This document shows, one piece after another, positions 16,201-24,857 of a stretch of 28,726 bases of DNA. Source of the DNA: a virus. Its lineage: Duplodnaviria > Caudoviricetes. A program made the position numbers and the translations under genes. The notes below the pieces were generated by a model that was not told the origin of the DNA, searched no databases, and was given only the letters and a program-made list of their open reading frames with translations. Numbering within the stretch: the stretch's first letter is position 1; each line of letters opens with the position of its first letter. The stretch covers positions 1 through 28,726 of IMG/VR virus record IMGVR_UViG_3300049167_000044; one strand, written 5' to 3'.

Positions 16201-17625
16201 GCCGGCCTCAACACGCTCATCACCCGCGAGTCCGGCTGGAACGCCTCCGCCATCAACAACTGGGACATCAACGCCAAGAACGGCGTGCCCTCCCAGGGCT
16301 TGGCGCAGACGATCCCGCCGACCTGGTCCGCCCACGTGCCGGCATCCCTGCGCTCCCGCGGCATCCTCGACCCGGTCGCCAACGTCGCGGCGGCCATCCG
16401 GTACATCGTCGCCACCTACGGCTCCATCACCGGAGTCCAGCAGGCGAACGCCAACAAGTCCCCAAAGGGCTACGCCTCCGGCGGACGGCCCCGGGCGGGC
16501 GAACTGGCCTGGGTCGGCGAGAACGGCCCCGAGCTGGTCCGCTTCGGCTCCGGGCGCTCGCAGGTCTTCGACCACCGCACCTCCATGGGCATGGCGGAAG
16601 GAGCGTTCAGCCGCGGCTTCGCCAAGGGGACCGCCGGAGCCCGTGCCGCCGCCCGCAAGGACCTGCCCGCCGACCTGGGCAGTTTCACCAAGGCCCTGAC
16701 CGGCTCGGCCGCCCTGATCTCCGCCGCGACGAAGGCGCTCACGACCGACCTGGTCGTCCTCGGGCGCGCCGGCAAGCGGCTGGCCGCGACCACGCTCGGC
16801 GTGTCCTCGCGGCTGCAGAAGCTCGCCAACCAGCGCGACGCGATCGCCTCCCGGATCGCGACCGCCCGACAGGCCGCAGCCGACCAGCGGCGGACGGCCA
16901 GCGACTTCCTCGGGCTATCGAACCTGTCCGGCGCCGCCACCGCTACCGACGTGCTCGCCGGCATGTACGAGCGGCAGACCAAGCTTAAGAACTTCCAGAA
17001 GTCGATCGCCTCGCTGTCCAAGAGGGGCCTCAACCAGGGGCTGATCCAGCAGCTGGTCGCCATGGGCCCGGACAGCGCTCTCGCGGGCGTCGTGGCGGGC
17101 GCCACCGGCGACCAGATCCGCGAGTTCAACTCGCTCGCCAAGGGCAACGGCAGGCTCGCCGGGGCGTTCGGCAACGTCATGGCTGACGCCATGTACGACG
17201 CCGGCAGCCAGGCCGGCAAGGGGTTCCTTGCCGGTCTGATCGGCCAGCAGAAGGCGCTCCAGGCGCAGATGGCGGCCCTGGGCAAGGCCCTGGTGTCGTC
17301 CATCAAGTCCCAGCTGAAGATCAAGTCTCCGTCTCAGATCATGCGGGACGAGGTCGGCGAACCGGCGGCTCTGGGAGTGGCGGTCGGCCTGGACCGGTCG
17401 GCGGCCACCGTCGCCGCCTCGGCCACTCGCATCGCCTCTGCGGCGGTCCCGAGCCTGCCGCCGGCTAGACGCCTCCCGGGCGCCGCCGGCTTCGCGCCGG
17501 GTCAGCGGCTCCGCCTCGTCGTCAGGGACCGCGAGTTCGACGCCTACATCGAGGACATCGCCGACGAGCGCATCGACACCACGGTGCGCACGCTGGCTCC
17601 TGCTATCGCTGGTCGGAGGGGGTGA
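13261..17625 (+). CDS. Tape measure protein with a lytic transglycosylase (SLT) domain
   Basis: About 1454 aa, Ala/Gly-rich; D.LDT.NEY..QF and ADAIKEF motifs; ANPIGL; WLW repeats; SLT motif RESGWN..AIN.WD.NA..G.PS.GL.Q.I.PT. Alternative start GTG 13255. Confidence 0.96.
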   Translation: MPSVGYATIQIIPSVRGISDEIRRQLTGPAGDAGEAAGQESGSRFADRWKTGLAAAGAAAGAVLVAATVSAVEKEKAGDRLAAQLGLSGKGAKEAGKVAGTLYSQAVVDSFEDGAAAVRAVMGSGLIPAKATTKSIEAITTKVADLASTFEQDLGGTANAAAQMIRTGLAKDGAQALDLLTKGFQSSANKADDFLDTINEYGTQFRKAGLDGATSIGLLNQAIAAGARDADIAADAIKEFSIRAVDGSTSTAQGFNDLGLSGVKMAKDFAAGGATANAALDLTLDRLRGVADPVKQSRIAVALFGTQAEDLGKALFAMDPSTAAAGLGKVGNAAKTVGDTIRGNTSTQLAILQRQLTGAIGVVVTSVILPALNALIAGIRQVDDVISGIVGWFREWGIWLTPLGILITGITLTMTAQAIAVGAVTAVFSLYRGAILAWMAVQRGAIAVQAAFNAVLSANPIGLIITVLVALAAAVYIAYQRSETFRNIVTKAWQGIQAAASYAWNSILKPAFDGLMTGLRAIGAAAMWLWTNAIQPAFGFISTAVRILATIFTIVLLGPMYVAFLVIGKVATWLWSSVLQPTFSAIGTAAMWLWTNAIQPAFSHLQLILRAAGAVVMWLWTSMIKPGFNGVMVILRAVGSVVLWLWNNVFKPGFNGIGVIASWLWNNAIKPAFDNVKSGIQVLSIVVRWLWTSVIAPVFGWIGDKAKWLWTFGIKPSFDLLKKGIAAVGDSFEDAKNFISRAWTSIQDIAKKPVRFIIEKVYNAGIVPVWNKVASAFGAPKISPMDISGWATGGVLPGYTPGRDVHLAALSGGEAVMRPEWTRAVGPGYVHHMNAAARHGGVAGVQRALGLPGFADGGIFGWIGDKAAGVGSAVWDGVKKGASWLKDSLEESARAGVKAVVDPLLRNLPGADTQLGKMLRRIPNKILDAVFGYAKKADDKGAGGVGPIGGVVPTGKRRVILTQALAAAGVPPPGTMGQWLAGLNTLITRESGWNASAINNWDINAKNGVPSQGLAQTIPPTWSAHVPASLRSRGILDPVANVAAAIRYIVATYGSITGVQQANANKSPKGYASGGRPRAGELAWVGENGPELVRFGSGRSQVFDHRTSMGMAEGAFSRGFAKGTAGARAAARKDLPADLGSFTKALTGSAALISAATKALTTDLVVLGRAGKRLAATTLGVSSRLQKLANQRDAIASRIATARQAAADQRRTASDFLGLSNLSGAATATDVLAGMYERQTKLKNFQKSIASLSKRGLNQGLIQQLVAMGPDSALAGVVAGATGDQIREFNSLAKGNGRLAGAFGNVMADAMYDAGSQAGKGFLAGLIGQQKALQAQMAALGKALVSSIKSQLKIKSPSQIMRDEVGEPAALGVAVGLDRSAATVAASATRIASAAVPSLPPARRLPGAAGFAPGQRLRLVVRDREFDAYIEDIADERIDTTVRTLAPAIAGRRG
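14764..15420 (+). repeat. WLW..I.P.F repeats in the tape measure protein, units of 19 or 26 aa
   Basis: Spacings counted by hand are 26, 45, 19, 26, 26, 19, 26, 19. Near-identical DNA copies occur at about 14831 and 15023. Confidence 0.8.
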
Positions 17626-17628
17626 CCT

Positions 17629-19860
17629 GTGGCGATCCCCGGGAATCTGCTGTCGGCGACGACGGAGTCGCTGGATCCGAGCCTGTCGGGCTGGACGGCC
17701 AAAACGAACTGCTCGATCGCGCGCGGGACGGGCGGCCGGAACGGCGACGGCACGCTCCGGCTGACCAGCCTGGCGGCGGGCGAGATGCAGGCCCGGACCG
17801 TCTGGTCGTACACGGTCACCCCCGGCCAGGAGTACCAGGCGTTCTGCGACGCCGCCGGGACGGTCCCGGACCGGATCGGGCTGCGCTGGCTGACGGCCGC
17901 CAACACCGAGATCTCCATCTCGTGGTCGGTGACCACATCGTCGGCGTCGGCGTCGTGGCACCGCATCAGCGTCTCCGACTACGCCCCGGCGACCGCGGCA
18001 CGGGTGCAGGTCGTCGTGTCGTCGGTCAGCCCGGCCGGTATCGGCGTCCAGCACAACTACGAGAACGTCTATCTCGGCTCGCCGATGCGCACGACCGGCA
18101 ACCTCCTGAGCGCGGACGCGGAGGGCATGGACGCGCCGACCCTGGCCTGGCAGGTCGACGCCAACTGCTCGATCGCCCGCCAGACGCCGCCGGTGACCTG
18201 GCCGGTCGACTGGTACTGGGGCGGCGGGCACGTCCTGGCGATGACGGTCACCGCGGGCGGCGACGCCTCGGTTCGCACCACCGCCCTGTCGCCGGTCACC
18301 CCCGGGCAGGAGTACATCGGCTACGCCTACCTCAACCCGCCGACCGCCGGCAGCACGACGTGGGTGGAGCTGCGGTTCTACGACGCCTCGTCCGCGCTCA
18401 TCACCTCGGAGCGGGCGAACCTGGCCGCGCCGGGCACCGGCTACTACCGGCAGAAAGTGTCCAAGGTCGCGCCGTCGAACGCCGCCTACGCCCGCCTCGC
18501 CGCAGGCATCACCGCCGGCACGGCCGCCCAGGTCGTCCGGATTGACGGGGCGGTCATCATGCCGGCGGCCCCGCTCCGCGAAGGGTCCGTGGTCCCGTTC
18601 GCGGACGCCTCGTTCGAGGCCGGGGTCGCGGGCTGGACCGTCGTGTCTGGCGTGGCGACGCTCGCCCGGCTCACCCCGTGGGGCACGGACGGGCTCGACA
18701 GCCACTACGCGATGACGGTCACCTCCGCGACCGCCACCACCAGCGTCATCCGCAGCGCCAAGTTCGCGATCGGCGCGGCGGAGGGCCTCGACTTCACCGC
18801 CGAGCTGGGCGCCAAGGTGTCATCCGGCGGCTGGACGCTGACGCGGGGGATCCGCTGGTACTCCGCCACGAACGTCGACCTCGGCGTCACCACCACCGCT
18901 GCGGGCGCCGTGCCGACGCCGGACTGGTGGCTGCTGTCGCTGCAGGGCACGGCCCCGGCCGGCGCCACCCAGGCCGCGATCGAATGGTCCCTCACCGCCA
19001 CGACCGCCCCGTCGGTGCTGCGGGTCGACAAGGCCAGCCTGTGGCAGTCGCTGCCGCTGGACGACGTCGAGGCCCACGACGACGACGCGTACATCACCGT
19101 CACGTTCCGGGAGCTGACGGTCGACTCCACGGTCACCATGTGGCGGGTCGCCGAAGGCGGAACGCGGACCCTGGTCCGCGGCCCGGACGGTCTCCTCGAC
19201 GGCGCATCGGTCACGACCGGGACGCTGGTCGTGGAGGACTACGAGGCGCCGCTCGGGGTGCCGGTCTACTACTACGCCGAGACGAAGAACTCGACCGGGG
19301 CGACGCTGGAGACCCGCGTCAGCGACACCGTGACCCTGGCCGCGGGGGACGTCCAGTACGGGTGGCTCAAGGACCCCGGCTACCCGGCCCGGAACTGCCG
19401 CGTGATGATCGCCCGCGCGCCGGACTGGCAGCGGCCCATCCAGCAGACCGCGCACCGTGTCCGCGGCAGCCGGGCCCCGATCATCCTGTCGGACGTGCGG
19501 GGCAGCCTCGAAGGCGACCTGTCCGTCTATACCTGGTCGGATGACGAGCGGCAGGCCCTGCACTACCTGCTCGACTCGGGGTCGGTGCTGCTGTGGCAGG
19601 CCGCCCCGGGGCACGGGGTCGACGACATGTACGTCGCGGTCGGCCAGGTGACGGAGGCCCGCGGCGGCGGGATCGCCTCCGATGAGCTGCGGGTGTGGAC
19701 GCTGCCGATGGTGCAGGTCGACATGCCGACCGCGATCGGTGTCGCCTCGTCGGCCGGCCGCACCGGCTACGACGTCCTCGCCGAGAACTTGACGGGGTTC
19801 GACGTCCTGGAGTCCTACGCCACCGGCGAGGACTTGCTCTTCGGGCGGAGGTCGTCCTGA
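17629..19860 (+). CDS. Distal tail (Dit-like) protein with three N-terminal CBM-like repeats
   Basis: Three units NLL...S.E...GW..V.PG.EY..LRW/FY...AP..A, followed by DYEAPLG.PV.Y and WLKDP..P motifs; directly follows the tape measure gene. Confidence 0.8.
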   Translation: MAIPGNLLSATTESLDPSLSGWTAKTNCSIARGTGGRNGDGTLRLTSLAAGEMQARTVWSYTVTPGQEYQAFCDAAGTVPDRIGLRWLTAANTEISISWSVTTSSASASWHRISVSDYAPATAARVQVVVSSVSPAGIGVQHNYENVYLGSPMRTTGNLLSADAEGMDAPTLAWQVDANCSIARQTPPVTWPVDWYWGGGHVLAMTVTAGGDASVRTTALSPVTPGQEYIGYAYLNPPTAGSTTWVELRFYDASSALITSERANLAAPGTGYYRQKVSKVAPSNAAYARLAAGITAGTAAQVVRIDGAVIMPAAPLREGSVVPFADASFEAGVAGWTVVSGVATLARLTPWGTDGLDSHYAMTVTSATATTSVIRSAKFAIGAAEGLDFTAELGAKVSSGGWTLTRGIRWYSATNVDLGVTTTAAGAVPTPDWWLLSLQGTAPAGATQAAIEWSLTATTAPSVLRVDKASLWQSLPLDDVEAHDDDAYITVTFRELTVDSTVTMWRVAEGGTRTLVRGPDGLLDGASVTTGTLVVEDYEAPLGVPVYYYAETKNSTGATLETRVSDTVTLAAGDVQYGWLKDPGYPARNCRVMIARAPDWQRPIQQTAHRVRGSRAPIILSDVRGSLEGDLSVYTWSDDERQALHYLLDSGSVLLWQAAPGHGVDDMYVAVGQVTEARGGGIASDELRVWTLPMVQVDMPTAIGVASSAGRTGYDVLAENLTGFDVLESYATGEDLLFGRRSS

Positions 19861-20945
19861 TGTACCCGGTGAGCGACCGGTTCCTCGCCACCCTAGTCGA
19901 GCCGCACCAGCCGGCCAGCAAGGTGGACCTGTTCCTGACCGACGGCCGGGTCGAGACCCTGGACGTGATCGGCGGATCGGTGACGGTGGACCGCAGCCAG
20001 CAGTGCCGGCGGCAGTGCACGGTCACCATCCCCGACCCGGCGCTGATCCCTCGCACCCCGACCGACCAGCTGTCCGTGTACGGCGCCCGCCTGCGGGTCT
20101 CCCGTGGCGTGCAGGCCGGCGCCTACCGGGAGCTGGTGCCGTGCGGAGTGTTCCGGCTCGACTCCGTCGAGGGCGACATCGACGAAGGGCCCGTCACCCT
20201 CAGCGGCAAGTCGCTGGAGTGCGTGGTCGCCGACGACAAGTTCACGGCCCCGTACCGGGCGACCGGCACCGCGGTCGGCGCGATCACGGCGCTGATCCAG
20301 CGCAGCATCCCGGAGGCCTCCGTCACCTCCACGGCCACCGACGCGGCGATCGGCGCCCGCACCTGGGACATCGAAGCTGATCCGTGGGCGGCCGTTACCG
20401 AACTGGCTACCGCGATCGGGGCTGAGTGCTACGCGGACGCAGACGGGGGGTTCGTCATCGCCGAGCTGCCCGACCCGCTCGCCGTCACCCCCGCCTGGAC
20501 GGTGTCCGTCGGGGACGGCGGCTCCTACATCTCCGCAGCCCGCGGCATGAGCAGCGACGGCGTGTTCAACGGTGTCCTCGCCCGCGGGGAGAACACGGAG
20601 GCAGGCTCGGCGCCGGTGTCGGCGCTGGTCGTCGACGGCGACTCGGGCTCCCCGACGTACTGGTCCGGACCGTTCGGCCGGCGGCCGATGTTCTACAGCT
20701 CCTCGACCCTGCTGACCACCGGCCAGTGCACGGCCGCCGCCACGCTGAAGCTCCGCGCCGCCCAGGCGCCGAACGCCACCGCCAACTTGGTCAGCATGGC
20801 GAACCCGGCCCTCGAGCCCGGTGACGTGCTGCGCGTCGTGTACGAGGACGGCACCGCCGAGCTCCACCAGGTGCAGTCCTTCCCCGTCGACCTGGTCGGC
20901 GGAGACATGGCGATCCAGACCATCTCGGCGAAGGAGGGCACGTGA
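19860..20945 (+). CDS. Baseplate hub/Tal-like minor tail protein (DUF5047-like)
   Basis: TGATG coupling; MYPVS.RFL; GGSVTVDR....RR; VP.GVFR; NGV.A.GE; GPFGRRP.FYSS; NPALEPGD. Confidence 0.85.
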   Translation: MYPVSDRFLATLVEPHQPASKVDLFLTDGRVETLDVIGGSVTVDRSQQCRRQCTVTIPDPALIPRTPTDQLSVYGARLRVSRGVQAGAYRELVPCGVFRLDSVEGDIDEGPVTLSGKSLECVVADDKFTAPYRATGTAVGAITALIQRSIPEASVTSTATDAAIGARTWDIEADPWAAVTELATAIGAECYADADGGFVIAELPDPLAVTPAWTVSVGDGGSYISAARGMSSDGVFNGVLARGENTEAGSAPVSALVVDGDSGSPTYWSGPFGRRPMFYSSSTLLTTGQCTAAATLKLRAAQAPNATANLVSMANPALEPGDVLRVVYEDGTAELHQVQSFPVDLVGGDMAIQTISAKEGT

Positions 20946-21685
20946 AACCGGTGACCTCCTCCACCCGGCCGCTACCGAACCTGCTGGCCGCAGCGATCCG
21001 GGAGCAGGCGAAGTCGGCGGGCAGCGAGGCCCCGTCGGTGCGAGGCTCCGACTGGCGCCTGGCGGTCGTCTCCACCGTCGGCCCGGACGGCACCATCACC
21101 ACGTCCGACGGCATCGTCGCCCGCCGCATGGAGACCTACGTCAGCCCTGCGAACTCCGACCTGATCGTCATCACCCAGTCGGGGGCTGGCAACTGGCTCG
21201 CCTGGGGGCGGGGGTCGACCGGGGCGTTTGCGGTCGGCGAGAGCAAGACAGTCCGCAAGCCGGTCTCCACCAGCCGGGCATCGACGACCACTATGGCTGC
21301 AGACCCTCACCTCACGGTTGACGTCGTGGCCGGCACGTACACCGTCGACTGCTTCCTCACCTACGACGCCGACAACCTTGCCGACCTGAAACTCGGCTGG
21401 GTCGCACCCGCATCCACCACAGGCGCATGGTGGCCGGGCGGCTCCGACTCCGGCAACACCACCCTCGCGGCCACCACTCGCTGGGGCGCCCCAGCGGATT
21501 TCACCAGCACCACGCTTCCCGTGGCGGGCATCGGAGCAGGCCAGATCGTCGCCTGCCGGCCCGTGGGCACTGCGGTCGTCACCACCAGCGGCGCCCTCGC
21601 CCTCGCTTGGGCGCAACAAGCCAGCTCAGCCACACCCACCGTCGTGCGCGGTCAGTCCTGGCTGCAGGTAAGGAGGATCGCCTGA
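20942..21685 (+). CDS. Minor tail protein with an N-terminal OB-like spike segment and a C-terminal beta domain
   Basis: GTGA overlap; DWRLA.V..V..DGT; GNWLA.GR; C-terminus paralogous to the next gene. Confidence 0.8.
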   Translation: MKPVTSSTRPLPNLLAAAIREQAKSAGSEAPSVRGSDWRLAVVSTVGPDGTITTSDGIVARRMETYVSPANSDLIVITQSGAGNWLAWGRGSTGAFAVGESKTVRKPVSTSRASTTTMAADPHLTVDVVAGTYTVDCFLTYDADNLADLKLGWVAPASTTGAWWPGGSDSGNTTLAATTRWGAPADFTSTTLPVAGIGAGQIVACRPVGTAVVTTSGALALAWAQQASSATPTVVRGQSWLQVRRIA

Positions 21686-22377
21686 TGGCCACCGACCCCT
21701 ATGGCCAGTCCGTCACGCTGTACCAGAACGCCGAGGCCCCCAACCTCGAAGCGATGATCAAGAACCTGGCGGACGGAGTCATACCCCGCAGCGTCATGCG
21801 CTTCGCTTCGTCCTCGGCCCGCGCCGCCACCCTCACCGCACCAGTCGAGGGCATGGTCACCTGGCTTCAGGACGCCAACCGGCTCTACGTCTACGACGGC
21901 TCCGCCTGGCAGGAGCTCCCGTACAACTCCCGCCTATTCGCCTACAAGCCGTCGAACACCTCCCGCGCCTCGACGACGTCGGCGACCGCGGACCCGCACC
22001 TGACGTTCACGGTCGAGGCGAACGCCACCTACACGCTGTCCGGGTTCCTCGTCTACGACGGCCTCGACACCGCCGACCTCAAATTCGGGTTCACCGCCCC
22101 GGCCGGCACGACCGGCAGCTGGTGGCCCGGCGCCGCCGACTCCAGCATGAACGCCCTCGCCTACTCACCCCGCTGGGGCGCCCTCACCGACGTCACCACG
22201 GCAACGATGGCCGTCGGCGCACAGGGCGCGGGCACCATCCTCGCCGCAGCCCCCAAGGGACTGGTCATCACCTCAGGCACGCCCGGGACGTTCTCCCTGG
22301 TCTGGGCGCAGAACTCGTCGAGCGGGACGGCGACGATCCTGCGCACGCACTCCTGGCTGCGGCTCGACCGCATGTAG
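21685..22377 (+). CDS. Minor tail / putative receptor-binding protein (230 aa)
   Basis: TGATG coupling with AGGAGG RBS; RFAS..AR.A....PVEGM..WL.D..RL.VYDGSAW motif; C-terminal beta domain. Confidence 0.82.
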   Translation: MATDPYGQSVTLYQNAEAPNLEAMIKNLADGVIPRSVMRFASSSARAATLTAPVEGMVTWLQDANRLYVYDGSAWQELPYNSRLFAYKPSNTSRASTTSATADPHLTFTVEANATYTLSGFLVYDGLDTADLKFGFTAPAGTTGSWWPGAADSSMNALAYSPRWGALTDVTTATMAVGAQGAGTILAAAPKGLVITSGTPGTFSLVWAQNSSSGTATILRTHSWLRLDRM

Positions 22378-22436
22378 CCGCCCCCTTTCACTCGCAGCCC
22401 CGCGCGCCGGGGCCATCACCCATGTCCGGAGACTGC

Positions 22437-23888
22437 ATGAACCGCGTCGGCTACCGGCTCGTCGACCTGCCCGACGCGATGCGCCCCTGGCGGGACAGGC
22501 CCGTGCGCTGGGAGAACGCCTCCCTCACCAGCGGGCCGTACCACCTGGACGCTGGGGGCGTGTACCTGTACTACCCCGACGGCGCCACCACCGGCTACGA
22601 CCACCCGGTCGGGCAGTGCCAGTTCGGGCTCGGGTGCCTGGCCAGCTACCGCACCGAGACCGACCCCGCCCGCCGGGAGACCTTCCTGACGCGGGCCCGC
22701 GCGCAGGCGGACCGGCTCATCGGGCAGCACGTCGAAGCTCGCGGCGGCTGGTGGTTCCCGTACCCGTTCGACTACGCCAACCCCTCGCACCCGGGCGTCG
22801 ACTACGAGGCGCCCTGGTACTCGGGCATGGCGCAGGGCGAGGCGCTCAGCCTGTTCGTGCAGCTCGCGCAGGTGGACGCCGTACCGGCAGCGGACCGGGA
22901 CCGGTACCTCGAGGCAGCCGACATGACGTTCGCGTCGCTGCAGGCGCTGGACGACGGCACTCCGTGGGCCGTGAACGTCGACTCCGCCGGCTACCTGTGG
23001 ATCCAGGAGTACCCGGGTGCGACACCCGGCAGCGGGGACTACACGTACAACGGGTTCATTTTCGCCGCCTTCGGGCTGTACGACTACGCCACCCTCACCG
23101 GCAGCCAGCCCGCCGCCGACCTGTACGACGCCTGCGCCACCACGATCGCCAGGTACTACCCGCTGCTGCGGAACACCCGCTGGCACTCCTACTACTGCCA
23201 GGCCCATCGCGTACCGGCGCCGACCTACCACCAGCACCACATCAACCTCGTCCGGCAGTTGCACTGGCAGACCGGCAGCCCCGACTTCGCGGACATGACC
23301 GACCGGCTCGTCGACGACTACCCGGCCCCAGGGGTCAGCGGCACGGTGGCCTTCGAGTCGGGCAGCCACGTGCTGTACCGCTTCGACACCGCGGCGTCGG
23401 GCGCGTGGGTGTCTGGCAAGAACGACGCCGAGCTGGAGCGGAAGACGGTCAGCTTCTCGCAGGACACGGCCGCGCCCGCCTCGATGCGGCGCCGGATCCA
23501 GGACCGCGGCATCTACTACCGGATCTCCGCCGGCGCCTACGCCGGCTGGTGGGTCGGTGAGTCCTGGTCCCGGGCCTACCTGCGCGGCATCCACCTGACC
23601 ACGCTCTACCGGCCCGCGCGAACCGTCACCTTCCCCGGCGGCAACGAGCCGGTCGCCGCATACCGGGTAGCCGCCGACGGCACCGAAACCGGCGTGAAGA
23701 TCGTCGCCTTCCCTTCGCCGTCGAACGCCCCGGCCGACCGCCGCGCCGTCGTCAACGGCAGGGCGATGTTCCAGATCACCGCAGGCGGGCTCACCGGCTA
23801 CTGGGTACCCGCCAGCGCCGTCACCGTCGACTCCGCACCCGCCGTGGCTGCGCCCCCAGCTCCCGCCGACAGCACGTCTACGCCCTGA
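22437..23888 (+). CDS. D-glucuronyl C5-epimerase family protein with two C-terminal repeats (483 aa)
   Basis: PWYSGMAQGEALS, WIQEYP, YNGFIFAAFGLYDY and YHQHHI..V.QL match the C5-epim_C motifs. GGAG RBS before ATG 22437 (alternative 22422). Confidence 0.85.
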   Translation: MNRVGYRLVDLPDAMRPWRDRPVRWENASLTSGPYHLDAGGVYLYYPDGATTGYDHPVGQCQFGLGCLASYRTETDPARRETFLTRARAQADRLIGQHVEARGGWWFPYPFDYANPSHPGVDYEAPWYSGMAQGEALSLFVQLAQVDAVPAADRDRYLEAADMTFASLQALDDGTPWAVNVDSAGYLWIQEYPGATPGSGDYTYNGFIFAAFGLYDYATLTGSQPAADLYDACATTIARYYPLLRNTRWHSYYCQAHRVPAPTYHQHHINLVRQLHWQTGSPDFADMTDRLVDDYPAPGVSGTVAFESGSHVLYRFDTAASGAWVSGKNDAELERKTVSFSQDTAAPASMRRRIQDRGIYYRISAGAYAGWWVGESWSRAYLRGIHLTTLYRPARTVTFPGGNEPVAAYRVAADGTETGVKIVAFPSPSNAPADRRAVVNGRAMFQITAGGLTGYWVPASAVTVDSAPAVAAPPAPADSTSTP

Positions 23889-23900
23889 TTGGGGGTCCTC

Positions 23901-24857
23901 ATGGCGATGACCGGACAGCAGTTCTTCCCCGGCGCGTCGACCGCCTACCGGTACGACAGCGCCTACCCCGGCGCCCACATGGAGATCAACTGCTGCGTCA
24001 CCCACACCACCGAGGGCACCAGCCTCCCCTTCTACGGAGGCGGCGCCAGCGCCCCGAACGTCACCCTCGTCCCCGACTTCAACCGCAAGCGGCTCGTCGT
24101 CTACGGCCACTTCCCCGCCGACATGTCCGCGCGCGCCCTCGTCGACCGGGCCGGCGGCCCGACCACCAACCGCAACAACTGCCACCAGGTCGAGCTCGTC
24201 GGTACCTGCGACCCGGCCACTCACCGCAAATGGGAGGCAGCGAACCGCCTCCACATTTACTGGCCCGAGGCCCCCGAGTGGGCGCTGCGCGACTACGCCC
24301 GCTACATCGCCTGGCTGTACACCGAGCACGGCGTCCCGCTCACCCTCACCAAGCGGCCGTGGCTGCCCTACCCCCAGTCCTACGGCTCCGCGAACGGGCA
24401 GCGCATGACGTCCACCGAGTGGGCCGCCTTCACCGGCCACTGCGGCCACCAGCACGTACCCGAGGGAAACGACCACGGCGACCCCGGCAACATGCGCATG
24501 GACCTGGTCATCGCCTACGCCCGCGCCCTCGTCGACGGCATCAACACCCCGCCCCCCGAGGAGGAAGACATGACGCCCGAGCAGGACGCCCTGCTGAAGA
24601 AGGTCGCCTCCCAGGCGAACGCGCTGTACTCCGAACGCCGCTACTACTCCTGGGGCTACGAGAACACCAACGTCGATCCCCGGGACACCTACGGGATCCT
24701 CACCGACATCGACAAGCGTCTCCAGACGTTCGAAGGCGTGCAGCTGACCGACGCCCAGGTGACGACGCTCGCCGACAAGGTCGCCTCGTCGCCGTCCCTC
24801 GCCAACCGGATCGCCGAGCTCGTCGCGGAGAAGCTCGCCGCCCGCCTCGCCCAGTGA
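23901..24857 (+). CDS. Endolysin, Zn-dependent N-acetylmuramoyl-L-alanine amidase (Amidase_2-like)
   Basis: HTTEG, QVELVG and GH.HVP..NDHGDPG motifs; upstream of the holin. Confidence 0.9.
   Translation: MAMTGQQFFPGASTAYRYDSAYPGAHMEINCCVTHTTEGTSLPFYGGGASAPNVTLVPDFNRKRLVVYGHFPADMSARALVDRAGGPTTNRNNCHQVELVGTCDPATHRKWEAANRLHIYWPEAPEWALRDYARYIAWLYTEHGVPLTLTKRPWLPYPQSYGSANGQRMTSTEWAAFTGHCGHQHVPEGNDHGDPGNMRMDLVIAYARALVDGINTPPPEEEDMTPEQDALLKKVASQANALYSERRYYSWGYENTNVDPRDTYGILTDIDKRLQTFEGVQLTDAQVTTLADKVASSPSLANRIAELVAEKLAARLAQ

Noticed and set aside
12777-16988. 1403-aa alternative-frame ORF and long antisense ORFs (e.g. 14041..16575, 22416..24476, 7378..8982)
   Set aside because: These are Arg/Pro/Gly-rich shadow frames, expected from high GC3 codon bias over real genes.
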